Below are positions 63,461-64,000 of a DNA stretch of 64,000 nt, one piece after another. Below the pieces are notes generated by a model. The model was not told where the DNA came from. It saw only the letters and a list, made by a program, of their open reading frames with translations, and searched no databases. The position numbers and the translations under genes were made by a program. Location of the stretch: positions 22,292 through 86,291 of the forward strand of contig CAMVMM010000009.1 in NCBI GenBank assembly GCA_947168565.1, read 5' to 3'. Source of the stretch: an uncultured Clostridia bacterium (lineage in GTDB: Bacteria > Bacillota > Clostridia > Christensenellales > CAG-138). Numbering within the stretch: position 1 is the first letter of the stretch; each line of letters begins with the position of its first letter.

Positions 63461-64000
63461 ATGCAGAAGTACGCAAAAATAGGAATGATCGTTGCCATTG
63501 AGATAAACGCGGTGCTTTCCAAATATGGCAGCAGACTTGAAAAAATAGAGGCAAAGGGCTTTGACGCGATGCGCCTTGCCCTTGAAGGCTATGAAATAAT
63601 AATCGTAAAGAGCGGGGCGGGGGAGATCGCCGCAGCTGCCGCCGCGCAGTACCTTATTTCGGTGCATAACGTTGAAATGATACTGAACTTCGGCGTTGTG
63701 GGCGGGCTTACCGAGGAAATGTCCGTGGCAAAGCTTGCCGTGATAAGATCCGTGGTCCACTATGATTACGACGCTTCTCAATGGATACCCTCCCTTGAGC
63801 CTGCGCGCTACGCGGAATATCCAACGGTATATATTCCGGCGGATGAAGCGCTGCTTTCCGCCGCTCTTTCCGCCGAGCCCACTCTCAAGCAGGTCGTATG
63901 CGCCTCCGCCGATAAATTCATCGGAACGCCGGAGAAAAAGCGCGAGCTTCACGAAGCCTACGGCGCGGATATCTGCGAAATGGAGGCGGCGGGCATCGTG
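63461..64000 (+). CDS. PNP_UDP_1-family nucleosidase (MTA/SAH nucleosidase-like), truncated by the right edge
   Basis: Own translation from ATG 63461 behind AAAGGAG: MQKYAKIGMIVAIEINAV...GAGEIAAAAAA...ADICEMEAAGIV. The EMEAAG block is typical of the family. The frame is open to the window end. Confidence 0.6.
   Translation, partial: MQKYAKIGMIVAIEINAVLSKYGSRLEKIEAKGFDAMRLALEGYEIIIVKSGAGEIAAAAAAQYLISVHNVEMILNFGVVGGLTEEMSVAKLAVIRSVVHYDYDASQWIPSLEPARYAEYPTVYIPADEALLSAALSAEPTLKQVVCASADKFIGTPEKKRELHEAYGADICEMEAAGIV

Noticed and set aside
1-64000. tRNA, rRNA, tmRNA, group II intron, IS element or CRISPR-cas content
   Set aside because: I scanned the intergenic regions by eye. I found no cloverleaf-like acceptor/T-arm pairs, no rRNA-like conserved blocks, no transposase ORFs, and no repeat-spacer arrays. 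A tRNAscan, Infernal or ISfinder run would be the decisive check.

Overview
The window looks like a high-G+C chromosome segment (roughly 58-60% judged by eye) from a spore-forming Clostridia-type Firmicute. Supporting genes are sigK, sigG, a Spo0A-C domain protein, SpoIID/LytB, GerMN, class-3 FBPase and a CIRCE-controlled hrcA-grpE-dnaK-dnaJ operon. Most of it is ordinary housekeeping: guaA-type PPase, fbp, prmA-rsmE-mtaB, glyA, rmuC, pgsA, chaperones, cell-wall hydrolases, a two-component system with HtrA, and a large fused ABC transporter. I saw no rRNA, tRNA or CRISPR array. Five patches deserve a second look. (i) 1-2.8 kb is the right end of an integrative mobilisable element (overlapping xis-int-mobC-like operon and a divergent XRE repressor) parked beside the guaA terminator. 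(ii) 17.2-21.3 kb is a thioredoxin / rhodanese / CoA-disulfide-reductase-rhodanese cluster with a ferredoxin, a Cys-motif membrane protein and a Crp/Fnr regulator. (iii) 24.6-27.5 kb is an oxidative-stress patch with a 44-aa rubredoxin missing from the ORF track, a reverse rubrerythrin, and a duplicated rubrerythrin 3' remnant bracketing a low-G+C orphan gene. (iv) 29.4-33.8 kb, next to an uninterrupted sigK, holds four co-directional genes. Three of them keep a recognisable fold but have lost catalytic residues: a Spo0A paralog with a pseudo-receiver, an amidohydrolase with degenerate metal ligands and one in-frame TGA, and a large-serine-recombinase-like protein. (v) A 38-bp x3 tandem repeat overlaps the stop codon of a solute-binding protein gene and forms a chain of ATGA-coupled 13-14 codon mini-ORFs. 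ORF-track starts often use upstream alternative start codons, so I reset many starts to the ATG behind a Shine-Dalgarno sequence. Hand-counted positions of small motifs may be off by 1-2 nt. Many long antisense ORFs are treated as G+C artefacts.
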